From contig JBHGNT010000014.1 of the NCBI GenBank assembly GCA_043228905.1, positions 9,858,001 through 9,922,000 of the forward strand: a stretch of 64,000 nt of DNA, given 5' to 3'. This DNA comes from Azolla caroliniana. Its lineage: Eukaryota; Plantae; Polypodiophyta. The notes under the pieces are model-generated. The model had not been told where the DNA came from, made no database searches, and saw only the letters and a list, made by a program, of their open reading frames with translations. This document shows, piece by piece, positions 44,618-56,019 of the stretch. Made by a program: the position numbers and the translations under genes. Position 1 is the stretch's first letter. Each line of letters starts with the position of its first letter.

Positions 44618-47420
44618 TTATCTACATCATCTTCTTCTTTCATTGTAAATGTGACATATGCACGTAGTGTGTGCACTTGTGCTGCATCCGTCTTTGGTTC
44701 GTATTGTGTCTTTAATTTCTCCCAAATTTGATGCGAAGTTTGCAACTTTCTAACCGCTTCTCCTTGAACATCTGATATATGTGCTAATAATTCCATCTTT
44801 GCCACAAGATCTTTCTCTTCCCAAGTAACTTGGTCAGGTCCGGGGAGATCGGGTTTTTTTGATAATCCTGACACTACATCCCAAAGTTTGTAGTGTTGAA
44901 ATAATAATTCGAGTTGAGCACTCCAAATGCGATAATTTTGCTTTGATAACTTTACTAATGAAAGTTTATGCGTGTTAAGAATGTTGGCAAGAGTTGAGGA
45001 TTGTGCCATTTTTATGGAAGAGGGCTATCCGGCTTAGCACTCGTCTTGATGACAAATCGATCAATGCTCCTGGGATTCTCTAGTCTCATTTGATAGATGC
45101 GGAAATCTATAAATCTGATACCATGTAGAATTTGACAACTATACAAATAGAGAATGATTGCTAGAGAGAGAGAGATATCACACATACATAATTTATTCTA
45201 TATTAATTGTATGATGTTACATTAGCCAAATGGCTTGTTTGTAGAGCCGATGGACAAAAAGTTATGTCTCTTCAATGAAGAGTTTTCTCTAAAGTGTAAT
45301 TGTAAATAACTCTTCGTAATTACTTATTTTAATAATAATAACAGTAATATTAATAATATAATATTTAGATTAAATATTTCCACATTGTGCTCCATCTGTA
45401 GTTGTCAGTACTGCTCTTGTGCGTCCCCGAGAGCTTCCTTATGTTCTTTGAGCTAGCCTTAAGCAATCGTTGGAAGCCCTCCTCTATTGTTTTTATTCTT
45501 CTGCCTTCTCCTTCGAGAAGAACAAAGCCCTCATTTGAAGGGCATTGTTGTACTCCTCCGCCTTCTCCTTTAAGGTTGTGTCGAATTGCACTTGCAGCTC
45601 GACTTCTCGGTGTTGGGCCTGTTGGAGGGTTGTGCAAAGTGCCTCAATTTCGGTGAGGGTTGCGTCATATTGTTCCTTGGCCTTTGCGGCCATCGCCATC
45701 TGTACTACTAGACTTTCGAAGAGGCTGTCTTGAGTAGTGGTGTCCACAACAATTGATATCGTGGGCAGGGCCTCTTGTGTGATGCTTTCAGCTTGAGTGA
45801 GGAGGGTGTTCGAGGCATCGGTCGGAGCTGTGAGGGGGAAGGGAGTGTCTGAGTGGGAGGCGTCGATGGGAATGATGGTGATGGCAAGTTGTTTGGTTTG
45901 ACCTTGACCTCCTCTTTCATGGAGCTGGCATTCGAGTTTGGATATTCTGGCTTCCGAAGCTTGCCAGAGCTCCGTCATTTGTTTGGCTTGTTTGCGCGCT
46001 TGTTTACTGTTCGAAGCCATATCTTTGGCTGCGAGGGTCTTTTTTGCAAATTCCTTGTATACTACCACCAGGGTCGTATTCAAATTGGGTAGCTCGATGA
46101 GCAAGTGTCTGCTCATGTTCTGATGCTTTTGGACGATTTTCTGCAGGGCCGCCTCATCATCAAATTCTAGCTCTCTAGCGATAGCCCTCTAGTCCATCAC
46201 CCTATCCGCGTGTTCCTCGACCATGTGTGCTGCAACCACTACTTGTAGTTGAGCAAGGAAGTCGATGAGCTCGAAGGAAGTGCCGTGCCGCAAAATGGCC
46301 CCAAGCTCGAAAGCCTCCACTAGCAGATCAAGAATGGCCAGCACTATGTCCTCTGAGATTCGGGAGGCCTGGCCGTTCTGCAAATTCCCCGTCAGAGACA
46401 GAGATGCGTCTTGGATGACCACCGTCATCTTGTTAGGTGTGACGACCATCTACAAGTCATCTGCCGTGGTGCGGACCCTTTCCTTGTCATCGTTGTGACG
46501 TTGAAAACAATAACGCATCTTGGACTAATTGCATCCTTCCGCCGAGTGTTGGCTCGCCTTGGGTTGTTTCTTGCTTTCTTCAGCGGTTTGCCGAGTCTTG
46601 TACAGTAACTCTCGACGAGGACTTGAGAGGATCGGCCGGGGCTCCGGTACCGAATCCTTTGGCTTGGGTTTGTCGCTCCCACGGATTGTGAAGTCCTCGT
46701 TTGCGATTAGTACTAGTTGTCGTTCCTTAGTCACATGTGTTGGCCGCGGAGATGTGTGGGTCGTTGTGGGGAGGGAATCCTTCCATTCTTCCTATGCAAA
46801 TTGCAAGGCCCATTGCCGTTTAGTGTGAGTGTGCGGTGCAAGGAGTGCAAGGGGTTTCTTGCGAGCAGAGGTAGAATAAGAAGGATAGAGTACAAACAGA
46901 TATTGAGCCAAGGCGGGAAACAATTTCTTCCCTGCCTATAGGGCTCATAGACTTGCTCGGAGAGCTTCACCTATAAGAAAACCCCAATTGATTTGGCCTC
47001 CTGTGTAAGTTGCGATGATGATCCCAACCTTCTTTTTCGGGATGCCATAGCTTGTGGGATGCACACAAGCGATTTCGAGAAGGAATTTTGCCAGATTTCC
47101 GAACAACTCGTTTGGACCTCCCTGTCTTTTTAGGCCTTAGCCGAGGCTAAGTATTCCCCGAAATGTGACTCCAGGATTTGTTGGGGTGGCATCTTGATGT
47201 CGTGATGATCACCATGTTTGAGACCTAGCGTAGACCTAATCTGGTCGTTCGTGATTGTGTCGGGGGGTGGATGCACAGGACAATCTCCTGTGCTTCTGGA
47301 TGGAGCGATCGTCAGAGATTTTGAGATACTCACCGAGGCCGTGCCTTTTCAACCAAGTGCGGAGCTCCATGGAAACTTCGATAGGCATGATTTCCACGGT
47401 GGTTCGGGGGGTTGCTTCTG

Positions 47421-50400
47421 TGTTGAATCTGGAGTAATGGAGGCGGACGAGCTGCTGTTTTCTGGCTTGCACAGAAAATGTCGAACACACACACAGAGGA
47501 AAAACAGAAAGAGAAAGACAAAACTTTTTCGGGGGCAAACGAAACCCTCATTTCTATTAGTTTATATACCTATGCGTAAATAGTAAGAAATTACAGATTT
47601 GGCCTTTTCTTACTATCAATCTCCCACTAAAAGGCCAAACTAGGGATCAACAAAGCTGATGGGGAGATTGAACAAGACCTACACATCCTACTTGATGAGT
47701 ATGTTACACAATGTACAAGAAACAATGTGTAACCTCATGACCTAAGTTATCCCCATCAAGTGGCAGCAATGCTCTAGTGCTTCGTGCGATAGAGCCTTGG
47801 TCAACGCATCTGCGGCATTGTCTTGAGAGACAACTTTCTCAAGACTAATATAGCCAGCAGCTATGCATTCTCGAATGAAGTGATATCTCACTCCAATGTG
47901 CTTGGTCTTCGCATGGTATACTGGGTTTTAGCCAATGCAATGGCACTCTGACTATCACAAAACAATATGGGTACAAGCTTAGATATGCCCATGTCACAAG
48001 CTAATCTGGACAGCCATACGGCTTCCTTACAAGCTTCGCTAGCTGCGACATACTCTGCTTCTGTAGTGGACAGAGCAGTACATTTTTGGAGACGAGATCT
48101 CCAAGATATCGCACCTCCCATAAACTGAAAAATATATCCTGAAGTGGATTTTCTGCTGTCAGAGCAGCCAGCATACTCTGCTTCGCTAGCTGCGACATAC
48201 TCTGCTTCTGTAGTGGACAGAGCAGTACATTTTTGGAGACGAGATCTCCAAGATATCGCACCTCCCATAAACTGAAAAATATATCCTGAAGTGGATTTTC
48301 TGCTGTCAGAATCTGTGTATCCGATGATGGATACAGTTCCACCACCTAAACATAGACACCTATTCTTAGTGCCACATAGATATCTTAAAATCAGTTTAAC
48401 TGCCTCCCAATGTTTATTACCAGGATTGGACATAAATCTGCTCACAGCTCCCACTGCGAAAGCAATGTCTGGTCTGGTCGCTATCATAGCGTACATAAGA
48501 CTCCCAACAGCGGATTGATAAGGAACCTTGGACATGAATTTCTTGTCCTCATCGGATGTGGGGCAATCACATGTGCTCAGTTTTACATATGTAGGCAAAG
48601 GGGTGCTCAACGGCTTTGCATTCTCCATATTAAACCTCTTTAGCACTTTCGATATGTACTCAGCCTGAGACAAGTAAATACATCGCTTACTCCTATCACG
48701 AGTGATACGCATACCAAGAATATGTTTTGCATCTCCCAAATCCTTCATGTCAAAATTCTGGCTCAAGTTTTTCTTTAACGAGGATAACTCATCCTTGTTT
48801 TTACCAGCAATAAGCATGTCATCAACATATAATATCAATGTGATAAAACTCCCATCTGAACAGTTTTTCGTATAAAGACATGCATCTTCATTGCTTCTAG
48901 TACATCCTTGAGTCTTCATAAAGGCATCAAATTTCTGATACCATAACCTCGGGGACTGCTTAAGCCCATACAAACTCTTCTCGAGTTTACATACCAAATG
49001 TTCTTTTCCCAATACTTCATAACCTTCTGGTTGTTCCATATAAATGTCCTCATCAAGGTCCCCATGCAAGAAAGCAGTCTTCACATCCATTTGGACAAGT
49101 TCCAAATTCTGATTTGCAGCCAATGAAAGCAACATACGTAATGTAGTCATCTTAACTACAGGAGAAAAGGTTTCATCAAAGTCAATTCCATATTCTTGCT
49201 TGAAACCTTTTGCAACCAAGCGTGCTTTATACTTTGGAGAAGCACTATCAGATGTATACTTATACTTGTATACCCATTTGCATGGCAATGCTTTCCTGTC
49301 CTTTGGCAAAGGTACTAAATCCCAAGTACCATTTTTATAAATGCTGTCCAATTCACTTTGCATGGCCTGTTTCCATTTCACATGGTCATTTACAGATATG
49401 GCTTCATTGTAACATGAAGGCTCACCGGCATCTGTTAGCATTACATAATCAGCAAACTTACTAGGTGCCTTGGGCACACGCATAGATCTCCTCAATGAAT
49501 CCTGAACCTGAGTGCCATCAGGTTGTGCATGAGAAACCTCATTCTGAGCATCATCATTATGAGCATATTCTTGCTGAAAAGCATCATTTTGCACATCATT
49601 GTGCTGAGCATTATTATTTTGGGCATCTTCATCCTGGTCAATAACAGTTTTTTGTGACTGCGAAGCATCTACATCAATAAGATTTTTTTGTTTTTCATCA
49701 ACAAAAGGCGTACTATCTTTAAATGCAACCTTTCTCACTTCTACCTCCTTTACGGACTGTTTATGCATTTTGTTCTCGTCAAAAACAACATCACTACTTC
49801 TGACCACAGTACGTGTGTCAGGGTCCCATAAGCGATATCCAAACTGTCCATCAATTCCGTAACCAAGAAATATACATTTTCTGCATTTATAGTCTAATTT
49901 CTTTCTTAAAGTTTTTGGAATGTGTACATACGCTTCGCATCCAAAAACTCTAAGATGAGCATAATGAGGTGTCTTGCCAGTCCACACCTCTTGTGCCACT
50001 CTTAGACCTATGGCTGTGTTCGGTGATAGGTTAATCACATGGACTGCTGTTAAAACAGCTTCTGCCCAAAAACCTTGCGAGAGGTTTGCATGGTGTAGCA
50101 TGGAGACAACTCTGTCCTGGATGGTTCTATTCATCCTCTCAGCCACACCATTTTGGACAGGGGTGTAAGGAGCTGTAAACTCTCTCCGAATACCTCTAGA
50201 CTTACAAAAGTCAACAAATTCGTGAGAGGTATACTCACCTCCATTGTCCGAACGTAAAGCCTTAAGCTTTATGTCCTTTTCTAGCTCAACCGAACTAAGC
50301 CATTTTCTGAAAGTGGGGTATACATCATCCTTTCCCTTAATTGGATAAGCCCAAACTTTCCTAGTGGCATCATCAATGAAAGTAACAAAATATAGGGCAC

Positions 50401-52723
50401 CACCCAAAGATCTTGTGGGCATAGGTCCACAAACATCCGTGTGGACAAGATCCAATGGTTTAGTGGATGAGTTTACACTAGTCTTATGTGCACTTCTAGT
50501 TTGCTTACCATGTTGACAATGCTCACATAAGGCAAAATCAGAGAATGACAACTTAGGTAAGTGGCCATAACGAGATAGGATTTCCATGCCATTTCTTGAC
50601 ATGTGGCCCAAACGACCATGCCAAATGCTCGTCATTGGCTGGTCTGTGACAGCCAACAAGTGTTCCTTTTGATGAACAAATAGAGGGTAGAGGGAACCAA
50701 CTTTGTTCCCTTTTGCAACAATCATATTTCCTTTCGTTATACGAAAGGATTGAGAAGCAAACATCACCTTATATCCATTGTCATCAAGCTGACCAACGGA
50801 GATCAAACTACGAGTTAGTTGGGGAACATGGCGTACATCTTTAATGGTCAAATGAGCACCATCACTAAAATGCATTGAGATATCTCCAATGCCAATCACA
50901 TCGCATTGATGTGAGTCTCCAAGTCGAACTTTCCCAAGCGATTTGGCTTCATAACATGTGAACCACTCTCTATGTGGAGTCACATGAAACGATGCACCGG
51001 AGTCCAACAACCACGTATATGATGGAGAAAAGACCGTGTTCACCCCAGCATGTGTGCTAACATCATCTAGGACCAAGATGTCCGTCTCACCACATGTTGC
51101 ATTTACTTCCTCCGTTTCCAACGAGGAAGAGGGACCACTAGATTGTCTACCATGCCCTCTAGCATTATCTTTCTCCTTATTTTTAAGGGCATAACAATCT
51201 TTCTTAAGGTGACCCTTTTTATGACAGTAATGGCACTCCATATTTTTCTTCCTAGATTTGCTTCTACCTCTATCATTTCCACCACTATTTCTTGTTTGGC
51301 TCCTACCACGTTGTTGGTTCTTGCGAGGACCAACATCAGAAACATTATATGCATCTCCATTGTGTGATGCAATCACAGATTTTCTACGAATTTCTTCACC
51401 CAAAAGAGCTCCACATATGTCATTATAGACTAATTTCCCATTTGGTGCACTTGCACTAATAGCGGTGCAAAAAGTGTTCCATGAGCTAGGCAAAGTGCAT
51501 AACAAAAATACACATTTCAACTCATCATCAAAAATCATTTTCTGAGCCAGTAATTGTGACCATAATGCATCAAAATCATTCAAATGAGAAGCGACACTGT
51601 CATTGTCCTTCATTCGAAGATCATAAAGTTTTCTCATTAGATAAACTTTGTTTGATGCGGTCTCTTTTTCGTATGTACTGGATAGTTTAGTCCATAGCTT
51701 TTCAGCTGAGTCACAGTCCAAGACCGTGAAATACACGTTGTCAGTCAGGTGCAGTCTTATGGTAGACATTGCCAAGAGATCGAGCTCTTCCCAATCGTCC
51801 TTGGTCATGCCCTCGGGTCTCTTGGCTTCACCACTTATAGCTCTTAATTGCCTTCTTTGAATCAGGACATCTCTCATCTGATTCTTCCACAGGGCAAAGT
51901 TGGATCCGTCAAATTTACGGATCTCAAGGTGGTCTTTTCCACTCATAGGGTGATTTCTATGGGAATTGAATGAACCACCGCGTGAGGTACTTGAAACCTC
52001 GGACATTTCAGAGGCAGCCATTCGGAAGCTAGGTAAACTTGGTCAATCCCAAATATAAACAACTAACAATAGTTGAGACACTACTCCCTACCTAGTCTCA
52101 AGCCGTGTTCTAGGGTAGGTATATGTGTTCGATTGAGGACAACACCTCTTTCTTATATCAGCCAAGGTAAAATGTCTGTAACCAAGACGTAACTTCAACG
52201 TCACAAACTCACATCAAGTGAGCAAGCATCGAAAGGAAAAAAAAAAAAGAAAAAAAAGAAAAAAGAAAAAGAAACCAAACACAGGTTCTTTTGCGTGTAA
52301 ATCCTCACTTCTGAAACAACAAGTCTTCTCTGTTTCTACCTTCCACCAAGGTCTATTTTTCCCCAAAAAATAGGCACACAAAAAAACACTGTTCAAGACG
52401 GAAACGTGTAGTAGATATTACCTCTGTCGAGGTCCTGAAAAATAGCATGTGTAGAGGGGGAAAACGCAGAAATGTAGATGCTTGTTGCTACACACAGTCT
52501 CACAAAGTCCACACTCTGATACCACTGTTGAATCTGGAGTAATGGAGGCGGACGAGCTGCTGTTTTCTGGCCTGCACAGAAAATGTCGAACACACACACA
52601 GAGGAAAAACAGAAAGAGAAAGACAAAACTTTTTCGGGGGCAAACGAAACCCTCATTTCTATTAGTTTATATACCTATGCGTAAATAGTAAGAAATTACA
52701 GATTTGGCCTTTTCTTACTATCA
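47421..52723 (-). mobile_element. Young full-length Ty1/copia element H (Tork/TAR-like by motif impression)
   Basis: 198-bp LTRs 47421-47618 and 52526-52723 with one visible difference; TSD TTCTG; PBS TGGTATCAGAG 52514-52524; PPT AGTGGGAGAT 47619-47628. Confidence 0.96.
47888..52021 (-). CDS. gag-pol: Copia Gag-Pol polyprotein, 1377 aa; RNase H rearranged and extreme C-terminus frameshifted
   Basis: CHYCHKKGHLKKDC, WLLDSGASFH, HTDVCGP, SDNGGEY, QMDVKTAFLHG, YVDD, STTEAEY. Confidence 0.93.
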   Translation of the reverse strand: MAASEMSEVSSTSRGGSFNSHRNHPMSGKDHLEIRKFDGSNFALWKNQMRDVLIQRRQLRAISGEAKRPEGMTKDDWEELDLLAMSTIRLHLTDNVYFTVLDCDSAEKLWTKLSSTYEKETASNKVYLMRKLYDLRMKDNDSVASHLNDFDALWSQLLAQKMIFDDELKCVFLLCTLPSSWNTFCTAISASAPNGKLVYNDICGALLGEEIRRKSVIASHNGDAYNVSDVGPRKNQQRGRSQTRNSGGNDRGRSKSRKKNMECHYCHKKGHLKKDCYALKNKEKDNARGHGRQSSGPSSSLETEEVNATCGETDILVLDDVSTHAGVNTVFSPSYTWLLDSGASFHVTPHREWFTCYEAKSLGKVRLGDSHQCDVIGIGDISMHFSDGAHLTIKDVRHVPQLTRSLISVGQLDDNGYKVMFASQSFRITKGNMIVAKGNKVGSLYPLFVHQKEHLLAVTDQPMTSIWHGRLGHMSRNGMEILSRYGHLPKLSFSDFALCEHCQHGKQTRSAHKTSVNSSTKPLDLVHTDVCGPMPTRSLGGALYFVTFIDDATRKVWAYPIKGKDDVYPTFRKWLSSVELEKDIKLKALRSDNGGEYTSHEFVDFCKSRGIRREFTAPYTPVQNGVAERMNRTIQDRVVSMLHHANLSQGFWAEAVLTAVHVINLSPNTAIGLRVAQEVWTGKTPHYAHLRVFGCEAYVHIPKTLRKKLDYKCRKCIFLGYGIDGQFGYRLWDPDTRTVVRSSDVVFDENKMHKQSVKEVEVRKVAFKDSTPFVDEKQKNLIDVDASQSQKTVIDQDEDAQNNNAQHNDVQNDAFQQEYAHNDDAQNEVSHAQPDGTQVQDSLRRSMRVPKAPSKFADYVMLTDAGEPSCYNEAISVNDHVKWKQAMQSELDSIYKNGTWDLVPLPKDRKALPCKWVYKYKYTSDSASPKYKARLVAKGFKQEYGIDFDETFSPVVKMTTLRMLLSLAANQNLELVQMDVKTAFLHGDLDEDIYMEQPEGYEVLGKEHLVCKLEKSLYGLKQSPRLWYQKFDAFMKTQGCTRSNEDACLYTKNCSDGSFITLILYVDDMLIAGKNKDELSSLKKNLSQNFDMKDLGDAKHILGMRITRDRSKRCIYLSQAEYISKVLKRFNMENAKPLSTPLPTYVKLSTCDCPTSDEDKKFMSKVPYQSAVGSLMYAMIATRPDIAFAVGAVSRFMSNPGNKHWEAVKLILRYLCGTKNRCLCLGGGTVSIIGYTDSDSRKSTSGYIFQFMGGAISWRSRLQKCTALSTTEAEYVAASEAEYAGCSDSRKSTSGYIFQFMGGAISWRSRLQKCTALSTTEAEYVAASEACKEAVWLSRLACDMGISKLVPILFCDSQSAIALAKTQYTMRRPSTLE

Positions 52724-55042
52724 TTCTGTGCAGAGAGCGAGAGGAGGAAGAGCTTTGATGGAAAGCTTTAGAGTTCTGGGCTTCTGTTTTGCGTGAAATA
52801 GCTTTGTGCCATTGTGGAACCGCTTTTTGTATGTGATGTGTTTCCCGAGGTGTGGTTGTGTGGTCTAGGTTTAGAATCTTGCTAGCCATTATGGGATATT
52901 AATGTTACGCGTTTGTACTTGCTTTTCTTGAACTGCGTGTATGCGCATGCACTTAAATAGCGACTTGGTGGGCTTCTTTTTTTTGTTTTTCAATCATACC
53001 TAATATACACATTCGGGTAAGTGAGGTTGTTACCATAATTGGGACAAAGTGGTCTTGCGATTTGTTGGAAAAGGGGTTGGGAGGTGTGGGGCCGATGTAA
53101 GGTTTCATTTGGAACCCATTTACCCATTTAGGCATGACTTCTCCTACTAAGGTGCCGAGTTGGTATGTCCCATTGAATTCATCGATGATCTAGAAGGGTT
53201 TGGTCCACTGGAATCGAAGATTTCCCGGCATTAGGCCGAGTTGAGTTTGGAAGACCAAGACGACCTTGTTGATCCCAAATAGCCACTCATTGCACCTTCG
53301 GTGTCGGTCGACAAACGCTTTTCTTCAACGCTGAGCCTGCTCTAGATTGCTTAAACTAGCGAGCTAGACTTTCCTGAGGTCAAGAAGTTGTTCGAGTTGT
53401 TTTCGTTCAAACTCGGTTTCGGGTAGTCATTCGATTATCTGAACTCATAAACTGGGAACTTGAAATTCGACCGGCATCACAACCTCTAATCCAAATGCCA
53501 ATCGAAAGGGCATTGATTTGATGCTCGTCTTGTAATTTGTTCAATAGTCCCAAAGTACACTATGAAGTTTTTGATCCTAGTCGGTTTGGTTTTCATTCAC
53601 GATTTTTTTAAAGATATTCTGGAGCGTTTTTTTCGTGGATTCCGCGAATCCATTTGCTTGCGGGTAATAAGGCGTGCTCTTTTAATGGACGACGGTGCAG
53701 TGAGTCGTGAGTTCCCAGATCATTTTGTTGATAAAGTGACCTCCCTGGTCACTAACTAGCTCGATGGGATAGCATAATCGACACCAAAGGTGTTCATAAA
53801 CGAACCTTGTCGTGTTGTCACGGAGCGTTTTCACTTTGACCAACTCGGTGTAGTAATCGGTCGCGCCAATGATATACTGATTTCCTGTTCGGGTCACAGC
53901 TGGCTTGAATGGCCATACGAAATTCAGGCCCCATTTTTGGAACAGCTCAAGCGGAAGGATGGGTTGGTTAGGCATTTGAGATTGTTCGGTGGGTTGGCCC
54001 ATCCGTTGGCATAGATCGCATTGCTGATAGAATTGGAGAGCATCTTTCTGAGTCGTCTGCCTCCATAAACCACTCTACCAGACTTTTTGGCCCGTAGCAT
54101 CACTGACATAATGTCCTCCGGCTATGCCATAATGTGCTTCGTGGAGGATGACTTCCTTTTCGAACTTTCGGACTGCTCGAATCCATATGTTGTTTGCACC
54201 TTTGTGATATAAGGTGTTGTGAAGTTGGTAGAAATTCTGACTGCGAACAACCAATCGCTTCTTTTCATCGAGCATTAGATCCTTAGGTGGAAGGACGGTG
54301 TCAAGGAATTGTACCATTTCACCTATCCACTTATCTTTTGGATCCGGATGAGGAGGAGTTATGGTGATTCTGAAAATATCTGCATATGAAAGATCATCGG
54401 GCACGCCTTCGACCAACTCTCCTGATTCGAGGTGACTAAGGTAGTGCGCCACAACATGTTGTACCCCTGGTTGATGATGGATGTCGAACTCGAACTCTTG
54501 TAGTAAAAGCATCCATCAAGCCAGTCTGCCCGTAAGGTATTGCTTCATGACCAAGTAAAGGAGAGCCGAGTGATCAACGTGAAAAGTAAATTTTCGACCG
54601 AGAAGGTAATGTTGAAACTTGGTTATCCCGAGATCTTCCCACTCCGCACTCGAATAGTTTTTTTCGGCGATTGAGAGACGTGAGCTAGCGTAATATACCG
54701 GCTGATACCAGCTAAGAGGCATCAACTACATAAGGCATTGCTCATAGCCACGTCTGAGGCATCGACAAATACATGGAAGGGTTGTGTCCAATCGGGTGGT
54801 TGGACTATGGGTGCGTGAGACAACATGATTTTCAATGCCATATATGCCTCATTCTCTATGGAAGTCCATCGGAAGGGTGTTCGGTGGACCTCCGTGTGCA
54901 AAGGGGGTCGCAAAATCGGCCAAATGGCGGAGCATGCGGTTGTGTTGGGGGCCTAAGAAATGGTTGAGGGCCTTTGTGGTTGTTGGGGCCGGAGCAACGA
55001 GAATGGTATTGACTTTGTCGGGGTCCATTGCAATCCCTTCCC

Positions 55043-56015
55043 TGTTAGAGCTTAGATCTAAAGTAAGCATGAGATAAGGATATAAAAAATAGATAGATAG
55101 AAAGAAGAGAGAGAAAGAAGGGTGTCGATCCACCCGGCCACCCCCCAGCCAAGGGATTGAGACGGACTCGAGCCTCGATCGGAGTCCCATACCACCGTCA
55201 TGGTGTCGATTCGTACCTGGTGCTGGCACGCTCGCTATAAGAGTTGACCCACCACAAGGACAGAGTCTCGACATAAGTCAAGAGATGATGAAATGAGGGT
55301 AACTAGGCCTCATATTTATAGCCAGACCCAAGGCCCCCAGGCAAGTCCACACTTGGCCTAATGGGTCGTCTCAATCCCCAGGATTAAAAGTAATCCTCCC
55401 CTTCTTTACACTCTCGTTTAAACCTCACACTTTATCCACATGTATAGAATGTTACAATACATTCCCACCACAAGATATTATGGTCATGCCCGTAACATAC
55501 TTCCCCTCTTTTAAACATTGCACTCTTGCAATGAAGAGTTAGGGAAGTTAGTTAGTTTTAAGAGTATTTTCGCGTTCCCATGTGGCATCTTTTATAGATT
55601 TATCCATCCATTTAATTTTAAATTCTCAGATTATTTTAGAACACAAATTTTTTGTTTTAAATTTAAGAATTCTTTATGGTACATGTGGTTTAGAAGCTAA
55701 TTCTTCAGAAGTAACTAGAGTTTTAGTTGTAATTGTATTGTCGCAAGAACCTACAATTCTTTTAGACGACTTACATGAAAATTGGATGGATTTCAACGCC
55801 ATCAGGAAGAGTGAGACGATAGGCAGATGAACCAATGCGTTTGAGGACTGTAAAAGGTCCACAAAACCATGCGACTAACTTAGTGCACATACCCGCAGAC
55901 AATGTCTTAGAATTGTGAGGTATACGTAAAAATACCTTCTGTCCAGGGTTGAATACACAAGGTTGCCTATTATGATCGGCATAAAAATGTGCTCTATCTT
56001 GAGCTGTTTTTATAT
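55043..56015 (-). mobile_element. Chromovirus 3' end: INT C-terminus (GPF), chromodomain, PPT and LTR 55043-55497
   Basis: Minus-strand translation gives FCGPFTVLKRIGSSAYRL, FHVSRLK and KIKWMDKSIKDATWE; same family as 27455-28146. Confidence 0.88.
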
Positions 56016-56019
56016 TATC

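Larger units (their letters stand above)
35051..45384 (-). mobile_element. Ty1/copia element G, full length, carrying nested insertions
   Basis: 261-bp LTRs 35051-35311 and 45124-45384; TSD TTGTG; PBS TGGTATCAGA at 45114-45123; PPT (G run) at 35312-35320; gag, knuckle CNICKRPGHTPQEC, protease WYLD|TGAT, INT, RT YVDD, RH. Confidence 0.95.
33468..55042 (-). mobile_element. Non-chromovirus Ty3/gypsy element D (same family as A and E): RH-INT, long 3' extra-ORF region and 3' LTR; hosts copia G and H
   Basis: Minus-strand RH/INT at 52950-55042 (PFHVFVDASD, LLLQEFEF, KWGLNFVWP, SDQGGHF); the pieces rejoin across TSDs TTCTG and TTGTG; LTR 33468-34051 has a minus-strand end (GGTGTTTCTCCAAGAGGGAGTAACA) resembling the U5 end of element E. 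Confidence 0.82.
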
